Part shown: in pieces, positions 33,497-48,100 of the stretch | Numbering within the stretch: the stretch's first letter is position 1 | Layout: each line of letters begins with the position of its first letter | NCBI RefSeq assembly: GCF_008831285.2 | Contig: NC_045138.2 | Span: 32,116,001 to 32,180,000 of the forward strand | Reading direction: 5' to 3' | Length of the DNA stretch: 64,000 nt | From: Nymphaea colorata | Lineage: Eukaryota | Made by a program: the position numbers and the translations under genes | Notes under the pieces: model-generated | Told to the model about the DNA's origin: nothing | Databases searched by the model: none | What the model saw: the letters and a program-made list of their open reading frames with translations, nothing else

Positions 33497-36389
33497 CACA
33501 GCAAGTCAGCAGCAATGAACAAGTTGATAGTGGCCGAGCCACATGTAAGCTTGTGAGGGCAGTTGGCCACTAAATGACTCAAAAATTTATTTATTTGCAC
33601 ATTGGCTTGGTCCACCCACTTGCTTATTCTTATATTGGAGCTCTTTATTCATTTGCCTAGTGTTTCTCGAACATTTCATTAGTTGTTTTGTGCGTTTTAC
33701 CTGTGACAGTGGAATGACATAATAAAAAACCTGTCTCGCAATGTTGCACTTTCTCTGTCAAAAGTTAAAAGCAACTTAGTTTCTCCTACCAAGAGGTTAA
33801 AAAAAAATAAAACCAGGTTGAAACTTATAACACCTCACCCCCCAAGTCTTGACATACTTAGAGAAATATGCCTATGTATTGAAAAACTACAAAATTTTCA
33901 AGCCTGATTAAGAAAAGAATTTTCGGAGACAAGCCTTCCGCAACTCAGACGTGTTTATCATAATCAGACTGTAGTTAGACAATGTAAAATTATTTATTTT
34001 CTCTAAAATTTTCCTTTGATAAATATGTGAAAATGAAGGTTGTTTTGGGTTTTTTTTAATATATAGTTATGGTTTTGAATTAAGTGTAGAATTAATTTTT
34101 AAAAATACAATATATTTGAAAATTTTCAAAAAAAAAAAAGAAATATACTCTCTGGAAGTTTCTTAAAACTTATGCAAATTCTGACAAAAATTGTAAAAAT
34201 AAAACTGTATCTTTGCAAAATGGAAAATGCAAATGGTATATGAATTTGATATACGCAAATCCTTTTTCTAAAATTCAACCTCACTGTGAAGGCAGAGTAA
34301 GTTAACCATGCCCTTGAATCTAAACATTTGAAAAATGAGAACTTGTCAAACTAAACCACCATTAACTTGTGATATAAGAAGATTAGCCTTCTTTTCTACA
34401 CAACAATTTGTATGTATTATAGTGTTTTTAAGATATTAGTTCCGCTATTTAAGCACATTGAAATATCCAATTGTTCCCACGATGAACATGCACTTTTACA
34501 TATATAGTTGTACAAGGATATTCCGTTATATTAATAAAAGAGATTGGAGCCTAACTCTCCTCAGGTTTACATAGAAAACATTTTCCTTCAGAAACTTTTG
34601 CAAAATTTTGGGCTTTTATTAAAAGTTTCAAACATGATACTCTTGAAAATTTTTCTGAATATGCTTAAATTCCCTAAAAAGAATTCATATATATATATTG
34701 AATGATGACTCTAGCTTTTGAAAGTCACCCAGTTATCTAATCAGGATTATCTAATATATCATTGATTCACTATGAACAGCTGAGAGAAAAACAAGAAAAA
34801 AAAAAGTGGTGGGTATTTTTGTCATCTAATATTAGTTCACTTTCTTCATATGAATGTCATTGGTTATATTGTTAGGTGACTCTACATAACTATAGTCATC
34901 ATTAAAGTCACTCAACTTACTCATGAATGCCGTGTGATCCATTGAGATAAACAGTTGAACTAAAAACAATGAGAAAAATATGTAAACTAATACTACATAA
35001 CGAAAAGACCCATTGCCTTTTCCCCTTTGTTTTTCTCTCAAACATCCGATCTTAATCATAATGGCCAGTTGAATGGAAAACAGGAAAAATAAAAGGAAAA
35101 TGATATTTTTTATAATCTAGTATTAGTTTAGACATTTTTCTCATTGTTTTTCTTTAACTCTCCAGCCCAGCCATTGGCAGCCAGCAGCCTTCAATCAAAG
35201 ATCAGCTGCCCTTAATGAATGAACAGATGGAGAGGAAACTGACTGACAGCCCTTCATCAATGAAGAAAGAAAGAAGAAACTGGCTGGTTATATTCTTTAA
35301 GTTTTCAGGCAGAATCAAACTTTCATCTCAAACTGAAATTTAAACAAAACGTAGTCTTATAGTTTCCTTTCGTGTTTTGACAGTTTGAAATTTTGGTTTC
35401 AAAATTGAAAATTACTTGTGGGATGGAAAGTGAATTCAAATTATAGAGTTCATGAATTAAAACCTTATGTCTTGTGTTCTAAAAAAAAGATTAAGAAAAT
35501 CCAGAATTCTGAAGTCATAATTCAACCCCTTCAAGTGGAATCATATTAATCCAGAAATAAGTCTACAATTCTGAAATCAAAATTATTTTATTAATAACAA
35601 AAATTCTTTTTTTTTTTTGTTAAGAGAACAATATCTCTTAAACTCTACCGTCTCTTGTGAATCAAACGCATCTTGAGAGTTTTTTTTTTCCTTAGCTTTC
35701 ACTTTTTACCTTGTTGCGGGTGCATGCTTAGCACCCCTAACAAATCGAGGCGATCCGACTCAAGTCCAGTCCGTCTGCACCCAAAAGACAGACCGTCACC
35801 CCAAAACTGTCAAGCCTAACTAGAACAAAAATCGATCCAATTTAAATAAGGAAACAATAAGATTGTGTTGGCGCTCTTTTGTAGCAAATCGACCGAACCA
35901 AGTTTACCTACATGTAAATGATTGACTCCTGTTACAATATACCATCCACGTCGGTTTGCCGATATCCGATCAACTGGAATGTAGCTATAAAACCAAAAAA
36001 TAGAATTCCGATTCCGGACATTCCTCGATGGAAGGAAATGAGAATCCGGGTGGTAAGAGAAGAACTACCGCCACGGGCGAGGGGGCTTAGCCCTCATATA
36101 ACAAAAAAGAAAACCCATTCAATTTGTACAGAAATATAGTCAACAATCAGCGCTATGGGTTGCTGTTACTCTCATGGACAAACTATGAACTTTCTCTTAA
36201 CTACCTTAATTCTCACCTTTCACTATGCCCACCTATATATTTTGAACACTTGTGAGATCTACTGTTATCTTCGACAAACAACCAACAAACTAGAGCCTCA
36301 AAAAAATGAGAACAGCTCTTCTACACCGAGTAAGAGTCAAATAACCAACTAACAAGCAAAATCTATGAAGTAGCATATGCCTAAGAGAG

Positions 36390-39300
36390 CTAACGGAGAT
36401 AGGTAGACCCCTGGTAGGAAGGTAGAACAGAGGTGTAATCATAGCCACTGTAACTTGCTGAAGCAGACACATAAGGAGAGGCAGCAGCAGCACGAGAGGT
36501 GGGTACCTCTTCTGGCATGAATGGATAGGAACGTTGGGACATGGCTGCTGGACTCCGGCTTCCACCAGTGGTTGATTCTGGCAAATACGGGTAGTCGTAA
36601 CCACTGTAAGCCGACACATAGGCCGCAGAAGGCTGATGGGCAGGTAAGCTCTGGTCCCGCCAAGTTGATGATGGGTATGCATTAGCATGCCTTCCAGCTT
36701 TGGCAGGCGGGAAGGAAGCAGAACCTACACCACCACCACTCACCCGGCTCCTCTTGTTCTGCACTTTTGGGGGCCCACTGAACTTCTTCTTGTCTGCCTT
36801 GGCTTTCTCCAATTGAGTGACGCGCTTCTTCAGGCTTTCAGGTGAGAACTCGGCCTCTAGCTTGTGGTCTTCAATGCACTTGATCATGGCCTTGAGAGCA
36901 TTTATCTCCGAAGAATCATCCTGACCAGCAGGAAGAAGATCCAATTGCATTAAAGGGCTATCAAGAATATTACCTCAGTTGAAATCCCAATCACATGAAT
37001 GGACCGTTAGATCTTGAACTTGAAAAGAGGCAACCAAAAAATAGCGTTGAAATAGACATTCAAGTCAATTAAGGGAACCAGCCTGGGATCCTAGAGGCTA
37101 TAATGAACTTTTTACATTGACCAGCCAGAGAAGCCAACACTCCACCCTAGCAACTTGAGCTACTACAAGAGAATCTATGGAGTTCACTGGCCCACAATCC
37201 TTTTGTTAATACACCATACTCCAAACATGCTGGGCAGTGACTGAGAAACAACTACAGGATTTCCGCAACAACCACAACCCTGAGGCAGGAGTCTCGTGTC
37301 AGTTTTTATGTACAATTTGCATACACTTAGGTCAGCTGCACGTGATATTAAAGAAATTGCATAATGATGCACGTCTACAAAATGTTTATAGTTCTGGAGA
37401 AGGGTAATTCATAGGCATAGGCTCGGAACAATGCCAGATGTAGCTTCAGCAAGGAAGACAACCGAAGCCAAACTTGGAGATCATCCAAGAGGTGAGAAGT
37501 TAGAATTTGTTTTGGTACCTAGCAAGATTCCAAAGACCAACGCCAGTGTCTCATATTCACAAGGCATACAGTTGAAATATCAGCAAGTTAACCATGTAAC
37601 TTGATCAAATATGTGCACTCGAATCTTCACAACCACGTATATCATATGAGAGAGACAGGACTTCAGTATATTTTGTGTAGTGCATAAAAGCTACGTGATC
37701 AAAGCATGCTCAGGTGAGCCTGGCAGCCTATGCTTAGGGCAGCAGGGTGCTGCCTAAGCCAACTAGGCCCCATTGCTTAGGTCGGCCTAATTGTGCCTAT
37801 GTTATCCCTGCCTGCGCACAGTTACTCATTTGTCTAAAGTTCCTTCCCCCTCTCCCATTTGTCTTCTAAAAATTTATTAAATTCAGAGATAAGCATCAGC
37901 GTGAAAGAGTGCAATCATAAACAACATGTACCATAAGTGGCACAACAGCATGAAATCACTTTTTGGGATGCAGAAATGGGTCAAACCCATATTTTACAAC
38001 AATACCAGTTTGCAGAGATGGCATGAAAGACTATAACTTCTAAAGGGCTTCCCAATATCATGAATAGGAATGTCCAAAGTAATCACAAAGCAAACAAACT
38101 AAAGATGATATATTTGAAAAGACACATTTAAAACTACAAAAATGAGAAAAAAAAAAAGAAGCTGAAAACAGAAACTTTGTCTTTTTTCCGAATCTGTATT
38201 GTCTTTTCCCATTTCCAAAGAAACTCCCATATCTTATTACGTTGACCTTTTCTTAGGCTTCCATATATTTGAACTTTTGAAGCAATCTTAGTTAAACTGT
38301 TCATTCCAACAACATATCAGAGGTTTGGCGGAATATGGACAAGAAATATTATTATATTTTAATTTGGAAGTCAAGTGTATACATCCCACTGGACCCACTT
38401 TTGTTTCGTAATTGACTTGAGAGAGGGGGGAAAAAAAAAGAATGGGGCCTTCAGGTTTTTATTAAATAATGTGCAGGTAAAAGATCATCATGTTGTAGAG
38501 ATTATCAAACTACAACGATCAATATGCCAAAACGGAAACACAGTTGTGAGTCAATAAACAAGAGATTAAGCAGACTATACTTCAAAAAAAAACTTGGTCA
38601 GCCATGCCTTATGACTTGTAGACACAAATGCTTCTAAGTGCATAAGCATCCCAAAGGTTATTTTCAAATTTCAATTAAAACACAGTCAGAATGTTCCTCT
38701 TTTCTTATCTCAGGCTACACAAGCTAGGAAACCCAGAACAGCAGAAGACACAATTTTGTCCTGCTCTAAAAGGATAAGTAATAACCTGCAAAGACTGATG
38801 TTTTCCAAAATGCATTATAGAGCATAAAACCATATTTTAATAATAATATGAATTCCTCCACTTGAACATCATAACAGAAAAGCAGCTAAGAAACATGAAG
38901 ACAGTAAAGGATCATGAAATGCTAATCATCAAAGACGGAAAGCCAAAAAAATCAAAAGGGATCATGAGCTAAATAAAACCAGTTTGATTACTTCTCAGCA
39001 ATTTCAACAGAAACACATTTAAAAGTGATGTACAAAATGAGAGAAACAAAAGGGGGAAAAAACCCTTAGGAGTTGCAAGCCAACTTACTGCAGAACCACC
39101 CTTTGCAGCCCCATTTGCATTTTTTCTTATGCTTTTGAGGTAGGCTTTGAGAAGTGGCACTGGGGCGAACTTACTAACTAAATCAGCCTCATGAATAAAA
39201 TATATAGCATCAATCTCCTTGCCGTTGTTGACCAATTCTTCAATAATATCTGTCGAAATTAAAAACTGATCAGCTGCACATACAAATGTGCATAGATGTG

Positions 39301-40213
39301 TGCATGCATATATATATATATATACATATATACATGTGTGTATATATATATATATACACACACATGTATATATGTATATATATAATGTTATAGAATCACA
39401 GAAGCAACACCCAAGATTCCAAGCAGATTGCTTCCAGAAAGTTACATGCAAGAAAGAGCGGGTTCAATTTGACCAGGTAGAATTAACAACTTTAAGCAGT
39501 TGGTTTTGGAAACATTAAGTGAACCTTTTCCAAACAAAGTTCTGGAGATCAGATGAATACTAAGCTAGCTAATCTATTGTTCAGTGGCCATGGAAAATTT
39601 CTCACCCATTAGACAAAAAATCTCAGCAGAAAATGGCCCTTACTCCATTTATTGTAAACCAAAATAGCATCGTTAATGTATAAAAGCAAGAAGCATCACC
39701 AGAACAGAAATAGGAGGAGTAGCATCCTAAAGCTTTTGCAAAAAACAAAAACGTTATCAGAATGAGGACTAAATCAGAAAACAATGATTGTATTAAAGAA
39801 ATTGGCAGGGAACAAAACACCTTTTTTAGGCCAGGAGTTTATTACAAAATACTAAGCTATATCTCAAAGGCTCACCTAAGCTTGCACCTAGGCTTGTCTA
39901 GACCCTTAGGCTTGACTAATTTCAAAGAATAGCAGTTCCTATACAACTTGCCACTTGAAAATGCTTTAAGCATCACCTAGGCGCCCAACAGCATATGTTA
40001 TCTTTCTCTTAAAAACCCAAAGTTGCGTTCTTTTTTTCCTCATCACTTTTTTCTTCTAATTTTGCATTTTTTTCACTTTTTGTTATTGCAGGTGATTTGC
40101 GTTAAGAAAGTGTGTGAGTATATAGTTATACTTATACATACAACTATAATTCATATACTCTTACATTTTGGTTATTTTTATGTTATTTTAGGTTCTTAAC
40201 TCTGATATGTAAT

Positions 40214-40272
<59 letters not shown>

Positions 40273-43099
40273 TGATTGGTAAAACCAAACCACTAGGTCA
40301 GGGACAAAAACCAAACCCTTTAAAATAATATTTATAGTTTTTTTTTTAATCTGTCACAAATATCGCGTCTTAATCGAAAAAGATGCGTTAAATACACCAA
40401 AAATAAGTCAGCCGCATAAAACAGCAATAAAACGCTTTTTTTAAATGCCATAATGTTTACGTATTTTTTATGAATTTCTGATTCTTTTTTTTTACATAAT
40501 TTTCAAGATATTTTAATTTTTTTAAAAATTCACTGAGATTTTCCCGAGATATACAACATTGTTGTATTATACCTGAAAATTTTCTCGCCATATAATACCT
40601 GTACAGATTATATGTGACAAGATTCTAACCTTACCAATATGATCTTAAGGATAGGTTAATGCAAAATATAAATTAAAATGATCATTTTTTGGGTTTAATA
40701 GTGTTTTAAATATATATAAGTTGATCATCTTCTTAATTCTTTTTCTTGTATAAAAGTCAGGTTCACAACAAACAATGTTAACATGAAAGCTGTGATTTTG
40801 TTGACGATCTATATTTCCTTTTTCTTTTCCTAATAATATTCACACACACACACACACACACACACATAATCTTCTTTTTTTTTTCTTGTTCATTCAAAAT
40901 TTTAAATTATGGTAGAAATCAGTTTCACAACAAACAATGTTAACATAAAAGCTGTGATTTTATTGAGGATCTATGTTTCCTCTTTGTTTTCCTAATAATA
41001 TTAGTAATTTTCGTTTTTGTTTTAAGATTTTCGTCTCAAAAATTATAAGTGAAGATTTTAATAGTTGCCATTCAGGAAATGGTAACATTTTACATACCAC
41101 ACACACACATAATCTTCTTTTTTTTTTCTTGTTCATTCAAAATTTTAAATTATGGTAGAAATCAGTTTCACAACAAACAATGTTAACATAAAAGCTGTGA
41201 TTTTATTGAGGATCTATGTTTCCTCTTTGTTTTCCTAATAATATTAGTAATTTTCGTTTTTGTTTTAAGATTTTCGTCTCAAAAATTATAAGTGAAGATT
41301 TTAGTAGTTGCCATTCAGGAAATGGTAACATTTTACATACTTTACAAAATTAAAAGCATTGATATTTACTTGTAAGGTTTCTTCTACGCAATGTAACGTG
41401 TAAACATTAATTGTCCAACTTCATTAAATTTAACCTTTCAGACTTACAACTATGATTATCATGTTATCAAATGTTTAATGTGTTTGTGTTATGGTGCATT
41501 TTTAATTGTTGTGTCGTTATCAGTTGATATTTAGGCTCTTCACTCAGAAATGCTTTGGTTTTGCTGTTAGTTTTAACAAATACTATTGCATTTTATCGAT
41601 TCCCCTTTCTAGGGAAGGGATTGATTATGTGCCTAATCCTGCCTAGTCCCTTCTACGCTCAGATCCACGTAGGTTGTGTCTGCTGCTTTTGACAACAGTG
41701 TCTTGTATAACAATTAGGGTTGCATTTGATAATTCTACTTTTCCCTTTATACTGCTTAAAAGTGCCTAGTCCAGCCTAGGCACACCTAGGCCCAGGTGGC
41801 CACTGATTGTCTCAGCTTCTCCTGGCACTTTTGACAACAAAGATATTACGTCAAGATTCAATAAAAACTACAAAATAAGTAAGATAAAAAACAGAAGATA
41901 ACAAGAAGATAATTTAAGAAATATAGATGTTACGTTTAATTTGAAACTTTTAGTATATATGACTGTCAGGAATATTTATGCCCTGGAACAGGGGTCCAGT
42001 GGCATGAAATAAGAACCTTGGAGCTTTGCCCCAGATGACCGCAGCTGATATTGATTTAGAATAAAACGTCAAACTTCAAGGCATCCATCTTAACTAAACA
42101 TCAAAACTGAATTTTTCAAGCACAGTGGAAGGGATCAAATATATGCTTATTCCATATAAGTTCACTGAGACCTGCTTGAGGAAAGCCTCATTGATTGGAA
42201 AACTTTGATAATACACAAAGGAGAACGCATGCCAATTTTACCAAGTAATGAAAAAGCATACCTCCCATTTTCTCCTTGAGACCTAGAGTGATCGCGAGTT
42301 TTGGCATGTCCCTTCGAGAAGCAAATGCCACTACAAGCTTCTTCAAGTAATCTATTTCAAGCTTATCTACCAGTTTGTAAGCAACTAAAAGTTGCAGAAA
42401 CATTTGCACCTCAGCAGCGTTTGAAGCCAAACCACCATCACTCCCATCGATCTTCTCCTTCCAAGATTGAGCCAGCGACCACGCTCGCTCCTTCACGCTA
42501 GTCGCAACTCCCCCTTCAGTGGACAAGGTCCTGAGCAGCAATCCGCACGCCCACCGCTGGTCGGACAGCCCAACTTTGTCCCCCCGCTTGAACACAAAAT
42601 CTTCAAGCGCGTGCAGTATGAGGGATGCTGGATCAACTGCGTCTCCAATAGCCGGCTGCAACTCCGCCCGGATCGTAGCCAGATCCTTCCTCCTCACTAT
42701 CAGAAACCTCCAGAGGCTGCTCGCATCCATCTTACGGCACAGGAAACGGAGGCTCTTCGCTACATCAGCGTCCTTGGGAACATCCCCAGAATGCTCCTCG
42801 ATGTCTGACAGCGCCGCCTGCTTCAGCTTCTCGACGCGGTCGGTAGCATCCGACTCTTTGGAAGGGAGTGACTCCTCCCTAGTGGCCAGAGATTCCAGGG
42901 TCTCCTTTGTGGTAGAGTCAAGGGTCCGAAGTTTCGAGTCCAGCGTTTCAGACTTCCGCTGCAGCGTCCTCTCGAGGGAGGAAATGTGATTGGAAAGGTC
43001 CTTCCAGAAATTGGTGAAGTTCGTGATCTTTACCTGCTCCGTCTCGAGGTGGTCGATCGCCTTCTGGAAGGGATCGACATTAATGGCGACAGTGGCCAT
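36390..43099 (-). CDS. FRIGIDA-like protein (FRL4-type), 509 aa
   Basis: Exons 43099-42262, 39249-39089, 36920-36390 total 1530 nt. Frigida-family motifs: WKDLSNHISSLE, LCRKMDA, AVDPASLILHALEDF, RWACGLLL, RRDMPKLA, EIDAIYF, PVPLLKAYL, IKCIEDHKLE, KRVTQLEKAKADKK. Tyr/Pro/Ser-rich tail. Confidence 0.9.
40218..40272. repeat. Compound (AT)n(AG)n microsatellite
   Basis: Directly visible in the sequence. Confidence 0.9.
40758..41340. repeat. Near-identical ~243-bp tandem duplication plus a partial third copy in FRL intron 1
   Basis: TTCACAACAAACAATGTTAACA at 40762, 40924 and 41167. About 40855-41097 matches 41098-41340. Confidence 0.9.
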
Positions 43100-43301
43100 T
43101 GGGGAACCTTAGGATCGTATTCTTCCCTCTCTCTGCCTATAAAGGAATAAGAATAAGACCAGAAACCTTAACTCCTTCCCAGAAACCCTAGCGCTGTGAG
43201 GAAATGAACCCCAAATCGGAATTCTGAGGAGCGCAACCGTTGAATGAAGCCCTAACCACGAACCAACGAGACACCAAGACGACGCCTGAACGAGGGACGC
43301 G

Positions 43302-43332
<31 letters not shown>

Positions 43333-44538
43333 AAAGAGAAATGGCGGGGAAGAAAAGCATCCGACAGTCGGTCCTTTCTTGATATGACCGGGTAGGCTTC
43401 GAACGGGTCGAGTCCCGAAATCGAGAAACTGCAGACCCGGACAAATAAACGGCAACGGCATCCGATTTGCGAAGATTAGTTGCGATCCCTTTCGCTACTT
43501 TTTCCAAAGCAGAAATCGAAGTTTTTGCATGCATATTAAATCCTACTTAATTAATCCTTTTCTGAGCCTTTTTTTCTTATTTTACATTTTTTAATAGAAA
43601 AAATTTCCAAAAATATTGTCAAATAAAGACTCCAAATAACTTGCGAGAAAAGCTAAATAATAAACGTATAATTCAGTTATAATGAATAATATTGGAAAAA
43701 TAATTGTCACTAACTTTATTGTATGTAATGTTAAAGAGGTTCCCAGGGTTTATTTGATAGTTTTATGGAAAGCAGGGTGCTCATTAATAAAATCACAAAA
43801 GTGGTTGTTTTTTTCCATAACCAATAACCATAAGCAAATCGTAAGTCTTAAAGTGGAATTTTCTTAAAAAAATATATAACAATATTAGTGATAGGAGACT
43901 AGACATATAAACTTAAAAAATAAAAATAAAAATTCATTTACAAATATATGGGTATTCCTAAATTCTCCTCATATATTGAATGCTACGGTTTTCTACCCAA
44001 CCCAATTTAATGTTACAAGTGCCAATGCCATAGTTTTCATCTAACTACTGATCGGAATTGCTTGTAATTAACAGCAAAAAAAAGATTTTAATTAGCAATC
44101 AAAATTGAATTTTGTATGCAATTTTACATTTCTTCCTAGTGAGAATCCAAATTAAGCATTAATAGCTAATTTAGTTATACGTAATGATTAATGATTAATC
44201 TATCTTATCAAATACCATTTGTCTGCTTTAACCATCTGAATTTCTATTCAGGAGGTTCATGTTCCATATAAATATGAAAGTTAAATTTCGTCTGATTTTT
44301 CTAAAGAACTACCTGTAATTCTAGCGTTAACAAATTATCAAATACCGGATGCCTCCAAGGTTGAATCGGCCACATCCGCGCAAGTAGGCTAATTTAGTAA
44401 CAGACGATCGAAGCCAGTTCGTACGGGGGATTGCCTGATTCGATATTAACGACATTATCGGGCACCTATTCAATCGGCTGAACAAGGACTTGACGACTTA
44501 GTCGAATACCCAAAAACTGCAAAAACGACCAAAACTCC

Positions 44539-44541
<3 letters not shown>

Positions 44542-44594
<53 letters not shown>
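44542..44594. repeat. (TA)n microsatellite
   Basis: Pure tract downstream of the AFC kinase stop codon. Confidence 0.95.
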
Positions 44595-44596
<2 letters not shown>

Positions 44597-45130
44597 AGAG
44601 AGAGAGCGAGGAGAGAGGATAAACATATTGACAAGTATTGAATTCGACAAGCGCAGAAGCAATTAGATATATGATCGTCGTCGTTACAAAATTTCTCCTG
44701 CTAACAGATGGTGGGCGTGCGTACACATTACAGAGCATTCCTTCGCCAATTTTCTTCTTTTGCACAGGAAACAAGATGTCAACCACCTGCAGTATCATGC
44801 TTCTGCTAGTCCACTTTGTTCTTTCGCTGCCTGAACCGTTCATCATACAATTTACCTGCAACCTTAGCAACACAACGCCGTCTAGTGTAATGGACTAAGC
44901 AGATTGCCTTCAAAAATAATTATTCACTCGCCATCTTGGACAGTTGCCGAGCTCACTCACCCTTGCCACAAGCAATTCACATGCATGCATATGTATGACC
45001 AACTACCTGTGCAAGAGCAACTGGTTGCAGCAGAACAAATGCCTGCATCAAGAGATTCGACAAGATCGAGTGACCGTCGTGATTTTCACTGAATTTGTGA
45101 TTGTTCACAGATCCATCACCACATTATTTC

Positions 45131-48100
45131 TCATGTAGTGCCCTTAAAGAACGGATGGTTCAGCGCTTCATGAGCTGTCAGTCGCTCAGCTGGGTCAAAT
45201 GCCAGGAGACCTTGTAATAAGTCTGTCAGCACTCCACCAGAGTGATCCACATGCTGGCATATCAGATTCTGCACAAGTCCGAAAGCAGGAGCATAAGACA
45301 GACTGAAACAATGGTTTCACACTGGGCATCCCATTTCCACATTGAAAATGCAGAACACTTGTGAATTATTCTCAGCTGCATACAGGTGGCTGCTTCATTC
45401 ACATTGTCAAATATAATAAATATAGGACGTACATTTGATAGGCATGAACACGGAGTTAACTACAGCCAAAGCTTGCCTTTAAGGAGAAATGAACTTCACC
45501 TTCAGTCTGTCAAGTTTCCTGACTGCTCGGATGCTCTCTCTAGAAACTGCTCCCTCTGGCCAGTTCAACCTTGTCCCTCTTCGAAAATATTTCTCAGCAG
45601 ATTGACTATAACAGCAAAACATAACACTAAAATGTCAACAACAGGGAAGAAAAAACACAGATAGCATCAGTAGCATTGATCGCATTGCACTCCTTCCGCT
45701 CTTTTGTCGTTCATTTCCAACCTTGCACAGAATTCCTTATAAGGACTTTAGCAACCACATAGTTAGAGCTCAGCTAAATAGACTGAAACCTGAGACATCT
45801 TCACTCCCCTAAAAGAAGGTAATGGTACCTCAACTACCCAAACAAGGAAACCAGTTGTCCAACACCCCTTTGGACTCCCACGAACAATATAGACTCAGCT
45901 ATACCGTTAGAAAAAGGATGTGCAAGCAGGTCGATCATGGAGAAGAATATTAGACAACAATACTCAGACAAGTACCTAGCTTTCCTAACCATCTGCACAG
46001 GCAAGGGACCCAAAACTCTCTCCATCATAGCCAAATGCTCCAAATTCTCATGAGTTTGAAACAGTGTCTCCCCCTGCAAAAAATTAGCCTTTCAAAACAT
46101 GTACATTAAAATTTCATGATCCTACAATCCCAATCACTGACTTCATTTCAAGCCAATGGAACATATTATACTTACTGAGCAAAGTTCAACGAGTATGCAG
46201 CCCACGCTCCAGATATCACATGGATAAGTCCATCCCAAGCCTAATAGCAAGAACAAGCTATAAGAGTCACAAAAATATTAACTAAGGTCATGCTCAAATG
46301 TATCCAAATGCTTTTACAATATCAAATGGCCCATGGCAGCAGCGAAACATTTAGTTCTTTACTTCTTTATAAGGCATGGAATTAAAAGCAAGACATAGCA
46401 AAGTGGCATTATGTAGATGATAAACAGACTGCTTTTTTATTTTTTGGGAGAAAAACACGTGAAAATGTCTCCACAAAATAACTTCTGAAATAAACAGAAA
46501 AACAAAAAGCCCACCCACCATTCCCTAAGTTTAACAACATATTAGCTCTTTCAAGCTCAGCCCACTAAAAAAAATCACAAGAATTTCCAACTTCCTAGGA
46601 TTCCAGTTTCCTAGGAAACTAAAAAATGCATGATAAGCACCCTCTAGTCTCAGCAAGTTAGTCACATTATGTCTGGAAGAATTTTTAACAAAAGCGAAAA
46701 AACTGTAAAATCCAAAAGTAGGAGACTACTCTTTCCGCTAGGTGGAGAGGAAACAAGTTCACAAAATTAATGAAGTGAAAACAACAACGATGACCAGGAT
46801 ATGCACAAACACGCTTCTAATAACAGCTCTAAGATATTCTTTTGAGGACTTAGTTTCTGAACCTTCTGAAACACAACGACATTACGACAGTTTATTCCAT
46901 CTCACCCAAATAAATAAACTTGATTTTCATTCACCCGATCAAATTAACCAGTTTACCTAGAATAACCTCAGGTGCACGGTAATGCCTTGTTGAAACAACA
47001 GAGCTATGAGCCTCATTCTCAAAGGTTGTGCTACCAAAATCTATCAACTTTATGGCACTCGACTTTGGCAAGTACTTAAAATGCATCTCACCCTGTGAAT
47101 TCCTCTGTTGCCAAACATCCATTTGTTGGATAAAAATTACTGAATACCTGAAAAAAGAAAAAACTGCAGGGGTCTTGAAGAACTTATAACATGAAATACC
47201 TTTCTGCATGGAAGCTTCACATACTCAGAGGACACAAGAAGTATGTTTTCTGGCTTCAGATCGGTGTGAATTAGGTGTAGATCATGAATATCTGAATAAC
47301 ATGAAAAAGCACTAGTATTAGGTCAGATAACTAAAACATGATTGTGGATGACACCAAAGAAAATCAAGTAAGCTGCAAGGAAATGGTCATGGGTGCCACA
47401 GAATAAAGAAGATCATGGAGATCAGTAAAATAAAACAAATAAAAATAATAATTGAATCTAATCTACACACATGCAACAGATTCGAGTAGCTGACGCCCAA
47501 ACTCTCGAACTAGATCAACAGGAAAGGGGCTGTATTTATTTCTCCGTAGAAAATCAAATAAGCTGGGCCCAAGCTTTTCACACACCTGATCACATCATCA
47601 AAGCTCATCTAAGAACACGTTTTAAACACACAATGTACACCATCTGAAACCATGAATTCTCAAATTCAAATTAGTTCTCATAATCTGCATATATATGTTT
47701 CAAATTAAATAGACATGTCTCAAAGAGAAATTACCCAAGATAACACACAGGATTGACACAATTCAGACTCCGCCAAAAACTAAATTATTTTTTAGCAGCA
47801 CTCTGTCAATGGCAGTAAAAACTTGAACCACAGCATTTAAATTAGAATCATAGTTTAGTTTTTTTAGAATTAAAAATGAAAAGTCATACTGCATCTGACA
47901 TTAGAAAAACAGAGAACTTTTGAACTTACAATTTTGTAGAAAAGAACAATAACTATATAAGACATGATTAAGAAGTAAATGAAAACCAGAAATTTTGAAC
48001 AAGGAGGCCAAGATTACAGGCCTGCAATGCCAGTTTCCAACACAAAAAAAAAAAAAACTAGGGAAAGCATCTCTGATAAAACAAATATCAGGGTGAAATA

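Noticed and set aside
42301..42989. Plus-strand ORFs opposite FRL exon 1 (likewise 19743-20098, 5899-6225 and 57430-57819)
   Set aside because: Antisense shadows of real coding sequence with no independent features.
47105..47199. Alternative strong-looking 3' splice site at 47148 in the AFC kinase that would truncate the protein before DFG
   Set aside because: It would leave a 52-nt intron, shorter than plant introns normally are, and there is no transcript evidence.
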